Under the pieces are notes generated by a model. It was not told the origin of the DNA. It saw only the letters and a list, made by a program, of their open reading frames with translations, and made no database searches. A stretch of 64,000 nt of DNA, taken from the IMG/VR virus record IMGVR_UViG_3300026549_002454; one strand, given 5' to 3'. This DNA comes from a virus. A program made the position numbers and the translations under genes. This document shows, piece by piece, positions 41,543 through 52,000 of the stretch. Within the stretch, counting starts at the first letter, position 1. The number at the start of each line of letters is the position of its first letter.

Positions 41543-44083
41543 TTAAAAGTCTTGTTCTATAAATGTATTATTCTTTACAGTCTCTTTGATGATTGGATTT
41601 AATGGGTCTTCTTTGTCGTAGATACGGAGCTGTAGCATAGAGGATGCATTGCTGACCTTCAAGTCAAGGGTCACCTCAAAGACGCGGTTGTTGAGGTTGT
41701 CCTTGTCAGGACTGTTCAACACCACTTTCTTCTCCTCAGTCACCTTTTTGTCGCCGTCATACACGCAGCATATCAACTCCCGCTCCATCTTCGTCATGGA
41801 CACTGCCTCCGATTGGATAAGGTTGAACTTCAAACGGCTGGAAACCATATTGAGGTTATGGTTCATCAGTGTCGCCTCTACCTTTTCGGTCTTGTTCACC
41901 TTCTTCAACTTGCTGTAGATGACAGGCACAATCATTTCCTCAAGAGTCGCTCCGCCATGAGCAAACTGATAACCGCCCTGGGCTGCCATGCGGTTAGTTC
42001 CAACCGGCACCGCCACATATACTTGAGAGGCAGACTGGATTTCAGACACTTCTTGCAATGGATATTTACTGATGCCGTCCATCGCATTGGCATCGTGTGT
42101 CAGGTAATAACGGGTCTTCTTCTCAATAGACTCATCGGTAACGTTATGCTTATCCTTTTCCTCAAACTCGATGTCATTATAGAGGAAGCCATGGTCGGCA
42201 GTGAGCAGCACGTCATAAACATTCCATGTAGCATGGAGTCGGCTGATAAGTGCCGTCAATTCTGTAATGGCCTGTTTGCACGCGCGTATTACCTCGAAAG
42301 GACTCTGCTTGTGTCCTGCATCATCAATGGCATCGTGGAAGATATACACGATGTGATGCAGCTTAAAGAATTCACGATAAGACGCAGCAGGCCTGTTCAT
42401 CAAGTCCTCGTATTTGATGCACACACCGCTGTCCACATAATGCTTGAGCAATTCTGTGCGTTGTTCTATGGTGTTTACCGGCAGACCATCGACGGTCATC
42501 TCTGCGCCTTGCAGTTCAAGCTTGTGATGCGGTAGCAGGGACGGCTTGCAATATTTTGTTTCTGTTGGCAGCATCGCAAGCATCGGAGACAGAGTGGCAA
42601 TGTGCTTCTCTTTCGACAACTCCTCCATCATCTCCGTCGCCACCTCATACCGCAATGCATCACTGATAATTACAGCCATGTGAATATCCTTGTCCACTTG
42701 GTCATGATAGAAATTAGCCTGTCTCGGAAGGGAGATGCTATCAAAGTGCTTCGGGTTCTCGTTCACACATGTAAGCCATTCCAAATTCAGCAGGTTGATG
42801 GCCTTGGCATAGTCCATGTCGAGCTGCTGCTTGGTTCTGCCCAATACTTCGTCTATGGGCGTCGTATTTTTTATAACAGTATGATAGTTCTCAAGAGCGT
42901 GGCGGTAGAACATGTCAAAACGATACAGTTCCGTCGTGTAGCGGTCAACATATTGGTCGGGCGTGTCCAACTTCAATGTGTCCACACTCTTTGTCGTCTG
43001 ATAATACAGTGCCACCTGCTCCATGAAGCGAATGGCCAGACGGATGGTCGAGTCCACTGGCATCTTCACATAGAGTTTCCGCATCATTTCTATGACGGAG
43101 TCCGGGTCGGATGCCAGTTGCTTCTCGGCCACCTCTTTTAGTATCGGCCAGCCAAGTGCTTCTGTCATGTAGAAATACTGTGCGTCAATGCCATACCACT
43201 CTATGATATTCTCTTCTTTAATGCCGGAAGCCAATTCTTTCATCGCCTCACCGAACTTCGTACCGTATTGCCGGTTCTGCGTGCCGAGCTCATAGATCTT
43301 GTTGAGCTGATTGACAACCACAGCGTTAGTGGTCTTGTACTGCTTATAAGTGTCAGCCTTTGCTGTGTCAAGCAGTTGCGTCATGCAGTTGTATTTCAGA
43401 CTTTCCGCTATGCGTTCTACTTTCGTCTCTGAGTTGGCATTGTAGCTGAAGCCGAACAGTGCGGTAAGCTTGTTGTCAAGGGCTTTCTTCACATCAATGT
43501 TCTTCTCCAAACGGTTGAAGAAATCCATCCGCTTCTTCTGCTCGTTCTCACTGCCAAGGATTATCAACTTAACTATAATGTCGGCCCACTCCAATAGCTT
43601 CTTCTCTCCGAGATAGCCTGTAATCAGCCCACGGAATACCATGTCCTGCGAGAATGTATCAGCACGATAGTAGTCGCCGATGATATTCATCACCTTCGAT
43701 GTCGTCAGTTCAGCGACATGTTTCTTCACAAACGAAGCAAACTTGTCGGGCAATCCGTACTGCTGCATAAAGGAGGCATAGTCGTCCTCCTTGTACTCCA
43801 TATTGGCACGCAACATATCCATCAACGGGAAATGCTCTTGCTGCTGCTCAGTGTGAGGATAGGTTATATCCGAGAAAAGCAACACCACATGCTCATCTTT
43901 CCACGTGTTCTCTATATTGTATTTAGCATTGAACCACGCCCCATCGAAGACTACATATCTATAGCCTTCTTTCCACGTTAAGGTGTCCAGTTCCGTGCGT
44001 ATCATCTCCATCTTGTCAAAGATGAAGAGTACGTGCAACTGGGGGTTGCGGTCGAAGTAGCTGTATATTCTGTCTTGAACCAT
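41543..44083 (-). CDS. pglZ: BREX PglZ alkaline-phosphatase-family protein (type A)
   Basis: VIISDALRYE, LPTET, LTADHGFLY, FAHGGATLEEMIVP; 846 aa. Confidence 0.93.
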   Translation of the reverse strand: MVQDRIYSYFDRNPQLHVLFIFDKMEMIRTELDTLTWKEGYRYVVFDGAWFNAKYNIENTWKDEHVVLLFSDITYPHTEQQQEHFPLMDMLRANMEYKEDDYASFMQQYGLPDKFASFVKKHVAELTTSKVMNIIGDYYRADTFSQDMVFRGLITGYLGEKKLLEWADIIVKLIILGSENEQKKRMDFFNRLEKNIDVKKALDNKLTALFGFSYNANSETKVERIAESLKYNCMTQLLDTAKADTYKQYKTTNAVVVNQLNKIYELGTQNRQYGTKFGEAMKELASGIKEENIIEWYGIDAQYFYMTEALGWPILKEVAEKQLASDPDSVIEMMRKLYVKMPVDSTIRLAIRFMEQVALYYQTTKSVDTLKLDTPDQYVDRYTTELYRFDMFYRHALENYHTVIKNTTPIDEVLGRTKQQLDMDYAKAINLLNLEWLTCVNENPKHFDSISLPRQANFYHDQVDKDIHMAVIISDALRYEVATEMMEELSKEKHIATLSPMLAMLPTETKYCKPSLLPHHKLELQGAEMTVDGLPVNTIEQRTELLKHYVDSGVCIKYEDLMNRPAASYREFFKLHHIVYIFHDAIDDAGHKQSPFEVIRACKQAITELTALISRLHATWNVYDVLLTADHGFLYNDIEFEEKDKHNVTDESIEKKTRYYLTHDANAMDGISKYPLQEVSEIQSASQVYVAVPVGTNRMAAQGGYQFAHGGATLEEMIVPVIYSKLKKVNKTEKVEATLMNHNLNMVSSRLKFNLIQSEAVSMTKMERELICCVYDGDKKVTEEKKVVLNSPDKDNLNNRVFEVTLDLKVSNASSMLQLRIYDKEDPLNPIIKETVKNNTFIEQDF

Positions 44084-44123
44084 AGTCTATTATATCAATA
44101 TTGAGATATACTACCCTAATACT

Positions 44124-44864
44124 TTACTTTATCTTTCCCAACACATCACCGAACTTGGCGTAATTGACAACCACACCATCGTCGAGATCGAAGCTGATGG
44201 CACGCTCGGCCACGACTTGGAGACGGTCGTGATACTCCCGGCACTCGTCAAGTGCCTTTCTGAGCTGGTCGCGCTGACGGCTCTCAGCCGTTGAGAGCTC
44301 GGCACTGCGGCTGTCAAGGGCTTCTATCTTATGCTGTAAGAAGTCGATGTAGGGCAGCAGGTATTTCGAGCGGACACGCTCTGCCGTGTAAGCGTCCATA
44401 CGGTGCATGTAGGCGATGCACTGGAAGGCTCCCTTCTTCGAGCTGAACAGCCAGTAGATGGGGCGGTTCTGATACATCTTCTTATGGTCTTTCCAATAAT
44501 TTTTGATGAGGTACTTCTCCAGGGTCTCACCAAGGCAACGCTCCATGTAGTTCAGGTTGTCGGTAAGAGAATCCTCGCCAAAGACGATGCCGATGAGGGT
44601 CGCAAGACGGTTGATCATGTTATCGCTGAATGGACTGTCGTGGGGCAGTAACGGGATGATGCCGTCATCGTCGATGGCGACCTGCTTACCCTTATATTCA
44701 TAGGGAGCCAAGTCCTCTGCCGACGGATTCGGATAAGCGATGTGCAGACCGGGTTTGTCAAGACGATAGCGGCCCATGCACACACCTACGAGGTAGGAGA
44801 TGAGCTGCTTGATGAGCACGTCGTTGTGCCATTTGATATGTTGGTTGTTTGTTTCCATTGTCAT
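44124..44864 (-). CDS. pglX: C-terminal part of PglX encoded as a separate ORF
   Basis: QLISYLVGVCMGRY, DDDGIIP, DHKKMYQNRPIYWLFSS, YMHR, FDLDDGVVVNYAKFGDVL are PglX C-terminal motifs. Confidence 0.88.
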   Translation of the reverse strand: MTMETNNQHIKWHNDVLIKQLISYLVGVCMGRYRLDKPGLHIAYPNPSAEDLAPYEYKGKQVAIDDDGIIPLLPHDSPFSDNMINRLATLIGIVFGEDSLTDNLNYMERCLGETLEKYLIKNYWKDHKKMYQNRPIYWLFSSKKGAFQCIAYMHRMDAYTAERVRSKYLLPYIDFLQHKIEALDSRSAELSTAESRQRDQLRKALDECREYHDRLQVVAERAISFDLDDGVVVNYAKFGDVLGKIK

Positions 44865-44873
44865 TTGTTCTTG

Positions 44874-45908
44874 TCAGTGTTTTACTTCCCAATAGCCTTC
44901 TTTCCTGCCTCCATGCCGCATGATGCTGCCGTCCTTCTGTAAGCGGGCCAGGATGCGCTGCACCTGCCGGCTGGAGAGGTGCACCCGTTCCGCAATGCTT
45001 GCCGCCGTGCTCTCCGGTTGGGTCTTCAGAATGGCGAGGATTTCTTTTACGACATCTTTTACGACATCTTTTACGACATGCTGAGGCTCCACCTCGGGTA
45101 TTGTCACATCGTCTTCTATCGACTGCTTATAGGCGGCAATCTCCTGTTGAAGATTCCGCAAATGGGTGCGGAACATGAAGTCTCTGAATGGCTCTAAAGA
45201 ATCCTGCTCACGAGCGTCGACCAACGCCTGGATATATTCCGCACGATCGTCCTTCAACACCTTGGTAGGAACGAGGCCATATTCCATCTGGATATAGTTC
45301 ATCACCAGCCGCGACATCCTTCCGTTGCCGTCCACCCAGGGATGAATGGCGACAAGCAGATTGTGGGCATCGAAGCTCAAGGCATACCGGGCGATGATGT
45401 CGTTGTCATCCTCTAACTGTTTCTGCCGCTCATTCATATTTTGGCAGAAGTCAGCCAGCCGCGAAGGCACCTTTAGAAAGTTGAGGTAGGAGCGTCCTCC
45501 AACCCCTGCCGTGACGTTTACCTTGCGCAACTCACCTTTAGAGGAATCGAACGTCCCCGACAGCGTGCTGTATTTGCTGCCGGTGTTCTTCATCACAAGC
45601 GCCGACAGACTCTGTAGCATCTCCGTAGAGAAGGGAACGTGTTTCGCAGCCATCCGCATGGCTTCCTCGTAGGCAGCTTTCAGGTCGAGGTTCATCAGCT
45701 GTTCCACCATTGTCCTGCCCTTGGCGGCGATACCCTCGTCGAAGAGCAGTTGGTTCTCTATCTCCGTCACCGTGGATCCCTCGATGGCAGTAGAGTGCGT
45801 AATGATAGAGTAGAGGTAGAACTTCTGATAGTCTATCTGCTCCGCTATGCCCAGCCGATGGTATTCCTCGAGTGTGGCAAGAAGTGATCGTATGATATTC
45901 TCGTCCAT
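44874..45908 (-). CDS. Fic-domain protein with N-terminal inhibitory motif and C-terminal HTH
   Basis: HPWVDGNGRMSR Fic motif; STAIEG inhibitory motif; C-terminal HTH ending GGRKEGYWEV. Confidence 0.92.
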   Translation of the reverse strand: MDENIIRSLLATLEEYHRLGIAEQIDYQKFYLYSIITHSTAIEGSTVTEIENQLLFDEGIAAKGRTMVEQLMNLDLKAAYEEAMRMAAKHVPFSTEMLQSLSALVMKNTGSKYSTLSGTFDSSKGELRKVNVTAGVGGRSYLNFLKVPSRLADFCQNMNERQKQLEDDNDIIARYALSFDAHNLLVAIHPWVDGNGRMSRLVMNYIQMEYGLVPTKVLKDDRAEYIQALVDAREQDSLEPFRDFMFRTHLRNLQQEIAAYKQSIEDDVTIPEVEPQHVVKDVVKDVVKEILAILKTQPESTAASIAERVHLSSRQVQRILARLQKDGSIMRHGGRKEGYWEVKH

Positions 45909-45911
45909 AGG

Positions 45912-48900
45912 CTATTCGATGCTTATCTCTCCCTGTTGGAGGATGGTGATCTCGCTAAGTGGCACATCGGGTATCAGCTCGTCCTGCAAGCCGTAGATAT
46001 CGATGAACTGTCGGTTGAGCTCCTCCTCGTTGGCATGGAGCTGCATGAATCGGGCGGTCCACAGCTTCTCAAAGGCATTGACGCAGAGCTCCAGCGTGCT
46101 GCCATGAGTGGTTATGCAATCGGCTGGATGAAGCATATCCTCCAGTTCTGTTACCGCGGTGTGATAATCGTCATACCACGGCTTGGTAACGTCATTACCA
46201 CCGCCTGGTAAGGGCATTACCGTGGCTTTGTCATTCCCAGCTTCGCCTTGTTCGCAATAGTTTTCCGCCGCGAAACTACCAGTTTCTTCCTTTGAAACTA
46301 CCGGTTCTTCACCCTCGGCCTGCTTAATAATGGCTACCAAGGGATTCTCGGCAAAGTCCCAAGAAGTCTCGTGGGCGTCCCAGTCGAGCTTGGAAAGGGA
46401 AATGTTATTATTTGTCAAACCTTCGACTTTGTCCAATATAGAATTGAACAAAGATAGATTGAAAGGCATACTTTCCAAATTACCCGGTGTAAAATGAAGA
46501 GTAGGGTTTAGAAGACCTATAAGAGATTGTACTACTTTGGAATTAGCATATGCCATCAACAAACTATAATAACCCTTATTATTAAGGAAAGCTGCATTTG
46601 ATGTAAATAAGAAGCCTTTTGGGTAATATCTGAAAGAATTCCCCTGTGATGATATGTCAGACCATCCTAGATGGGGTTGAAAAATCTTGTCAAGGTTAAA
46701 GTTATGAGCCCATATACGTTTACCAGTAGGGTCAAGCGTAGTTTGCATTTCGTGTCCATCGTTAAACCAATCGATAACATCATACGTTAGGCCATACCAT
46801 TTGCGAAAACCGCCTGCACTATTATAAGGGAACCAACGCTTTCGTGAAATTAAAGCTGATTTTCGGGAGTTATTAAAAGAAATTTCATTAAAATTTACTT
46901 CAAACCAAACTCTTACATAATGAGAGTTGTTTCCTGTAGCAAGACCACAGCGTGTTTCACAAATTAATGATATTTCTGTTTTACTAAAAGCATTAATAAT
47001 ATTGTTACTTACCCAGTACCCAATCGGGCATCCCGGTATTTTCTCGAAGTCCTTCTGTTTGACATTAGGGTAATACACCTTTGCGCCGTCAACGTTTCCG
47101 TCACGGTTTTCAAGGAACATACGCTCTTTATCCGCACAATTCTTGCCATCGACAAGACGATAATACACACCGCTACACACCAATTCGTGAGCATCGTTAA
47201 TATTGCTGACTACAAAAGCAGTGTTCTGCACAACTTCGCCACTGAGTTCATCGAAAGTTCGTGAGCCGAGGTGGAGCATAGAATCAATCTGCATCGTCTC
47301 TAACAAGTCTTTGCGCAATTGCTCAAAGGATGACAGGAACATCCAGCTCTGCATGTTGATCATCGCATACTTGCCGTTGGGCACAAGGCGGTCTTTCGCC
47401 ACGAGCATGAACACTGCAAAGAGGTCGGCTTTCCCCTTGGAATAGTTATCCTTCACATACTTGGACAGGACATTATTGAATTTGCCACTGCCCATATATG
47501 GCGGATTCATCACCAATGCCGTGTATTTCTGTGTGAGAGCGAGGATGAGGCGGAAAGAGGGGAGAAGCTTGGTGACGCTGTCTGGCACAACAGACTGTTC
47601 TTTCCAATAGACCAACGTCTGTCGGATGGCCAGTAAGGTACTCTTGGACAGGTTGAACTTCATGATAGATCCAAGTGTCTGAGCGTCTTTCAGCAGGTCG
47701 AAAGCATCGTCAAGTTCGGCAAGGATGTTATTCGTTTCCTCGCCTTTGAAAAAATCATGGAAGAGCTGATGGCGGTCGCTGTCGGCAATCGGCTCAGGCA
47801 TCGTCAGCACATTGGGCAATACATTGCCGTCACGGAACGACTCGTCTTTCTGACAAGCCTTCAACAGTAAAGCGAACGTGGCAAGTTGTTTGGCACGGAG
47901 GTCGAGGTCAACGCCCGTGATGTTATGGCTCAGAATATTCTCGACAGCCTCTTTGCGTGTGTAGCCCTCATAGATGTAGAGGTCAAAGAGTATGTCGAAC
48001 ATGTAGCCAAGGATGTGGCCGGAGCCACAGCCGAGGTCAGCACAACGCAGTTCGGTAAGTTCATCAAAATGATAGATATGCTCGTCGTCGCGTTGTTGCC
48101 TTTGGCTTCCTCCTCCTTGCAAGGCAGAGTCCAAGCGAGCTTGGACATCTGCTCTTGCTTCGTTCGTCGGTTCTTGATCAACAAGATATTTCCATTTCGG
48201 CTTGAGAATGTCGGCATCATCAGGATGGTTGTCGAGGTAGATGCGACCGATGGTGTTCTGTACCATATACTCCACGATCCAATGAGGTGTGAAGATCTGT
48301 GTGGCAGGAGCTATCTCGTCAGCATCGTATTTGCCTTTCTTAGCGAACACCTCGTCCTTACGCTCAGAGATATAGAACTGATAGAGCCAGCCGATGAGCT
48401 CGCTCGACTTGTAGTCTTCATCGGTGATGAATTCGGTATGATTCAAGTCATCGATAAAGCAATTCTCGGCAAGGATGTTGTTTGGCAACAACAGCTCCGT
48501 GTAGTCGGCCATGCGTCCGAAGCTCTGGCGGATGATGGGGTTGGCATGGCAGTAGGCCGAGATAAGGATGGCAAACTGCTCTGTCACCTTTGTGTCATCG
48601 TCGAGGAGTTCCATGAGGCGTTGACGGTCAGCCTCCGGCATAGGCGGTATGCGTCCAGCCGAACGTGCGTCATCGACAATCTTGGGGGTGCGAGCCTCAT
48701 CAACGTATGTAAGCACCGGCTCAATGATGCCGTTCTTCTGCAAAATGCGGATGGCCACAAGGCGGTTGAACCAAGTGTAGGCTGCCTCCTCATAGATGTG
48801 ATGCACACCATGCTTCTTGACAGCGTCATAGAGAGCCATCCACTGATGATAGAAGCTTTCCGTCATCAACTGACCATTCCACAAAGAGCCACCCTGCATG

Positions 48901-49031
48901 AGCTGGGGCTTCATGGAGTCCGACACGTTTCCTTGGCTGTCGAAGCCGAGTGTGGAGAGCTTTGCCTCCACACCAGCCTTTATCTTGTCGCGGGCATCTA
49001 CCGCAAATTTTTTCAGTCTGTTTGTATCCAT
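45912..49031 (-). CDS. pglX: BREX adenine methyltransferase PglX, N-terminal and catalytic part
   Basis: EEAAYTWFNR, IGWLYQFY, TQIFTPHWIVEYMVQN, DLGCGSGHIL (motif I), MNPPY (motif IV), DWDAHETSWDF, EEELNRQFIDIYGL. Confidence 0.93.
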   Translation of the reverse strand: MDTNRLKKFAVDARDKIKAGVEAKLSTLGFDSQGNVSDSMKPQLMQGGSLWNGQLMTESFYHQWMALYDAVKKHGVHHIYEEAAYTWFNRLVAIRILQKNGIIEPVLTYVDEARTPKIVDDARSAGRIPPMPEADRQRLMELLDDDTKVTEQFAILISAYCHANPIIRQSFGRMADYTELLLPNNILAENCFIDDLNHTEFITDEDYKSSELIGWLYQFYISERKDEVFAKKGKYDADEIAPATQIFTPHWIVEYMVQNTIGRIYLDNHPDDADILKPKWKYLVDQEPTNEARADVQARLDSALQGGGSQRQQRDDEHIYHFDELTELRCADLGCGSGHILGYMFDILFDLYIYEGYTRKEAVENILSHNITGVDLDLRAKQLATFALLLKACQKDESFRDGNVLPNVLTMPEPIADSDRHQLFHDFFKGEETNNILAELDDAFDLLKDAQTLGSIMKFNLSKSTLLAIRQTLVYWKEQSVVPDSVTKLLPSFRLILALTQKYTALVMNPPYMGSGKFNNVLSKYVKDNYSKGKADLFAVFMLVAKDRLVPNGKYAMINMQSWMFLSSFEQLRKDLLETMQIDSMLHLGSRTFDELSGEVVQNTAFVVSNINDAHELVCSGVYYRLVDGKNCADKERMFLENRDGNVDGAKVYYPNVKQKDFEKIPGCPIGYWVSNNIINAFSKTEISLICETRCGLATGNNSHYVRVWFEVNFNEISFNNSRKSALISRKRWFPYNSAGGFRKWYGLTYDVIDWFNDGHEMQTTLDPTGKRIWAHNFNLDKIFQPHLGWSDISSQGNSFRYYPKGFLFTSNAAFLNNKGYYSLLMAYANSKVVQSLIGLLNPTLHFTPGNLESMPFNLSLFNSILDKVEGLTNNNISLSKLDWDAHETSWDFAENPLVAIIKQAEGEEPVVSKEETGSFAAENYCEQGEAGNDKATVMPLPGGGNDVTKPWYDDYHTAVTELEDMLHPADCITTHGSTLELCVNAFEKLWTARFMQLHANEEELNRQFIDIYGLQDELIPDVPLSEITILQQGEISIE
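48095..48172. repeat. Palindromic REP/MITE-like element within pglX, in frame
   Basis: Hairpin GCAAGGCAGAGTCCAAGC-GA-GCTTGGACATCTGCTCTTGC (48119-48158); element boundaries approximate. Confidence 0.6.
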
Positions 49032-49047
49032 AGGAAGGACAATAATG

Positions 49048-52000
49048 TTATTTGACCACGGTTATATCAAAGCCTTTGTTTATCTTATCCATGAGCTGCT
49101 GCTTGATGCACTGTAGATACTCGTCAACATCATGCTCGTTGGTAAGCGGTTTGATGGTTCGTGTGCTGAGTGTCATGTTAAGCTGGGTTCGGATTTTATT
49201 TTCGCCCGGTGTATCCTCTCCGGCACTGCTGCCATCCGGTAGTGTCTTCCCGTGAAGTTCCTTGGCCTTCTGTATGATTTTGGCACTCTCCTCCGTGAAC
49301 AGCGCGACGGTGTTGAGATTGTTCATAAGCAGAAGAATATTCGTCGGAGCCGTCTTTGAGTCTATCGTATTCTTGCGGCTGGTGAGAATAGTGCGTGGCA
49401 CACCCTGCTCGTCGGCACTTTTCTCAAGAAGGTCAAAGGTCTCATTATAGACCTTGACAATATTCTCCTTGATCTCCTTACGTTTGGCATCAAGGATAGC
49501 TGTGACGGTGTTCTTCAATTTGACATACTCACGAATGCTTATCGGCCACTCCTTCGTCTCAAGAGACTTCAGTTCCACCACATAGTCCTGCTGCTCGTCA
49601 GGGACGAATTGGAAGTTGTCCTCATTGGAGCGGATGAAGCGAAGTAATTCCTTGTACCTGTCTAACTGGTCGTGGATGAACGCGATGACCTCCTTGCAGG
49701 TATCATTCAGCTGACGCGCTTCGTTCTGCTTCTCGGTAACAGCCGTGAAGAACTTCACCGGGTCGCGCATGCTGTTCCATTCGTCGAACAGTTCTACGGC
49801 ATTCCTCAGTGGTTTTACGAAAGGATAAGCGGCATTGGCATTGATGAAGCCATTGTATGACTTGATAAGTGCAGGGAGACTCTTCAGATCTCCTGGGTCG
49901 TGAGACTGACGGTAGAGCTGGCTGCTGTCGGTGGACGAAAGGGCCTGCATCATACCAAAGATATTCTTCCATGCGTCGATGAACTGGTTGACGACATCCT
50001 GCGGAATGACCTCTGCCTCGCGCAGCGTGAACTTGTTTGACTCGGTGACAATATGTCCTGCCACAGTTTGGAGGTCCACATGCGGATTGTTGGCAAAGCT
50101 ATAATCCCGACGATGGCGGCGCACAAGCTCATTGATGACATAAAGTGTACAGATGCCGTTCCATCCGTAAGGAGCCTTGGCGAACTTTGCCACGACATCG
50201 GAGACATTGGCATCGCCGAACTGCTTATTCAGATAGATATCTACTTCCTTCTCGGCAGGAGTGAGGGAGGCATTGACTCCGTCGTAGTCTCCGCTCTGTA
50301 CCGGACGCAGGATGGCTTTCTTCAGGAGCTCGGTGGACTGTGGCACCACGCCATTGTCCACCAGGCCTGCCTTGGTATAGATGTTCGCCAGGTGGTGCTG
50401 CACAGCCTCATGGTAACGCTCAACACCGTGCTTGCTGTCGAGCTCAGGAATATCCATGACCGACATTCCGGTGATTATCGGACATGAGTCGAGAATCTTG
50501 TGTATCTCCGGTTCTATAAGGGTAGTCATCTGGTCCTTGGCGCGTTTGTTGAACTCCTCGCGGATGTCCCCGTTCTCCTTGCTCGTTACCGGTTCCATCA
50601 TATAGCGGTTGACCTGACAATACCAGTAGAGAGCTTTTACCAACCGCTTGTTCTCAGCAAACTGCGGACCGAGGAAGAAGATCATCCTCGTAGCTGACGG
50701 ATTGATGAGTGACAGTTGGTCAGCATTCTCAGCGTCTCTGTCGACATGGAATTCTATCGTGATGTCGGGGTTGTTGCTGAGGAAGGAGCGGCCCTTGATA
50801 AGCACGCCTACGGAGAAGGAACGTGTCTTATAGGTCTCCTTGTTGCGCAGATTGGAGAAATAGCGGAAGATGACATCACGCAAGACTTCTGCCTGTGTGT
50901 TGTTGTCAACACTCTCGTTGGCGATAAGCGTGGCAACCTTCATCTCCTCCTCACTGTAGAACTCGAATGTGTCGGGGGCGCCTTTCTTTCCTTCCTCACG
51001 GCGGATGATGTTGTTGTCGCACAGGTACTGAACCACTTTCTCCACCTTGTCCTTGATATTCAGGCGCGGCGTATCGACATCGTTGATGAGCAACGTTGTG
51101 ATATTGTCGATACTTGCAGGGAAAAGGAGTTTGTCGGTGGCTGAGATATTGCATACCATAAACAGCACATTGGCAACGCGCATGGCGAATTTAGGATCGA
51201 CAGGATATTTAAGAGCCATGTCACGTGCGTTGTTGAACGCACGCTGTCCCTGTGCCTGCAAGCCTTCCTCAAACATGTTGTTGTAAAGTTCATCGAAGGA
51301 AATGAAGCTGCCCACTTCCCTGTTGCGGTTTGCCTTTGCTGTGGCGTGGATAACCTTGATGATGCTGCGCTCGTTACCCTTTATCTCTGTGGCTACATAG
51401 CCGAGTTGTAAGAATGAGTTGAACACCTGCGTGATGAGCTTGAACTGATAAGGCACGAAAGGATAATAGTCGACAAAATCCTTCTCGCTGTCGTAGGCAT
51501 TGTAGCTGTTTGGCAACTTGAACTGCAATGGAAACGATGCACTTTTTTCTTCATAGAGCTTTTCGAGGACAGGTATGGCTGTCTCGGCCTTGTCAAGAAT
51601 ACGTTTCTGGGTGATCACCTCCGGCTGCGTGCCTTTCAAGGAGACTTTAACCTCGAAACGGCCCTTAATCTTTCCTTCCTTATCGCGTTCCTCCACAATA
51701 TTCATGCTGCTCTCAAGCTGAGAGAGGTCTTGCTGGGCGGTACAAGCCACCCACACCCTGTTGTGGCAAGCCTCGGAAAGCTTGGTGATGATCTCCTGCA
51801 GGTTGAGATAGCGGTCGCGCTCGTTGTTGATGAACTGAGACACCTCATCGGCCAGAAAGATAAGGCGGTAGTTGTCGTCCTTGTCTTTCAGGTAGGAGTT
51901 GAGCTCCATGCCGAAGCGATCGATGCTGACAGTCGTGTCACGGTTGATGATGCGCTTGCGGATACTTTCCTTATCAAGAGTAGGTGCAAGCTCACAGGCA

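Noticed and set aside
45045..45080. 12-bp tandem repeat in the Fic gene as a phase-variation tract
   Set aside because: In frame (KDVV) and located in a linker; copy-number change would not shift the frame.
44865..45911. IS element, intron or intein interrupting pglX
   Set aside because: No transposase, reverse transcriptase, homing nuclease, terminal repeats or intein motifs; the insert is essentially just the Fic ORF.
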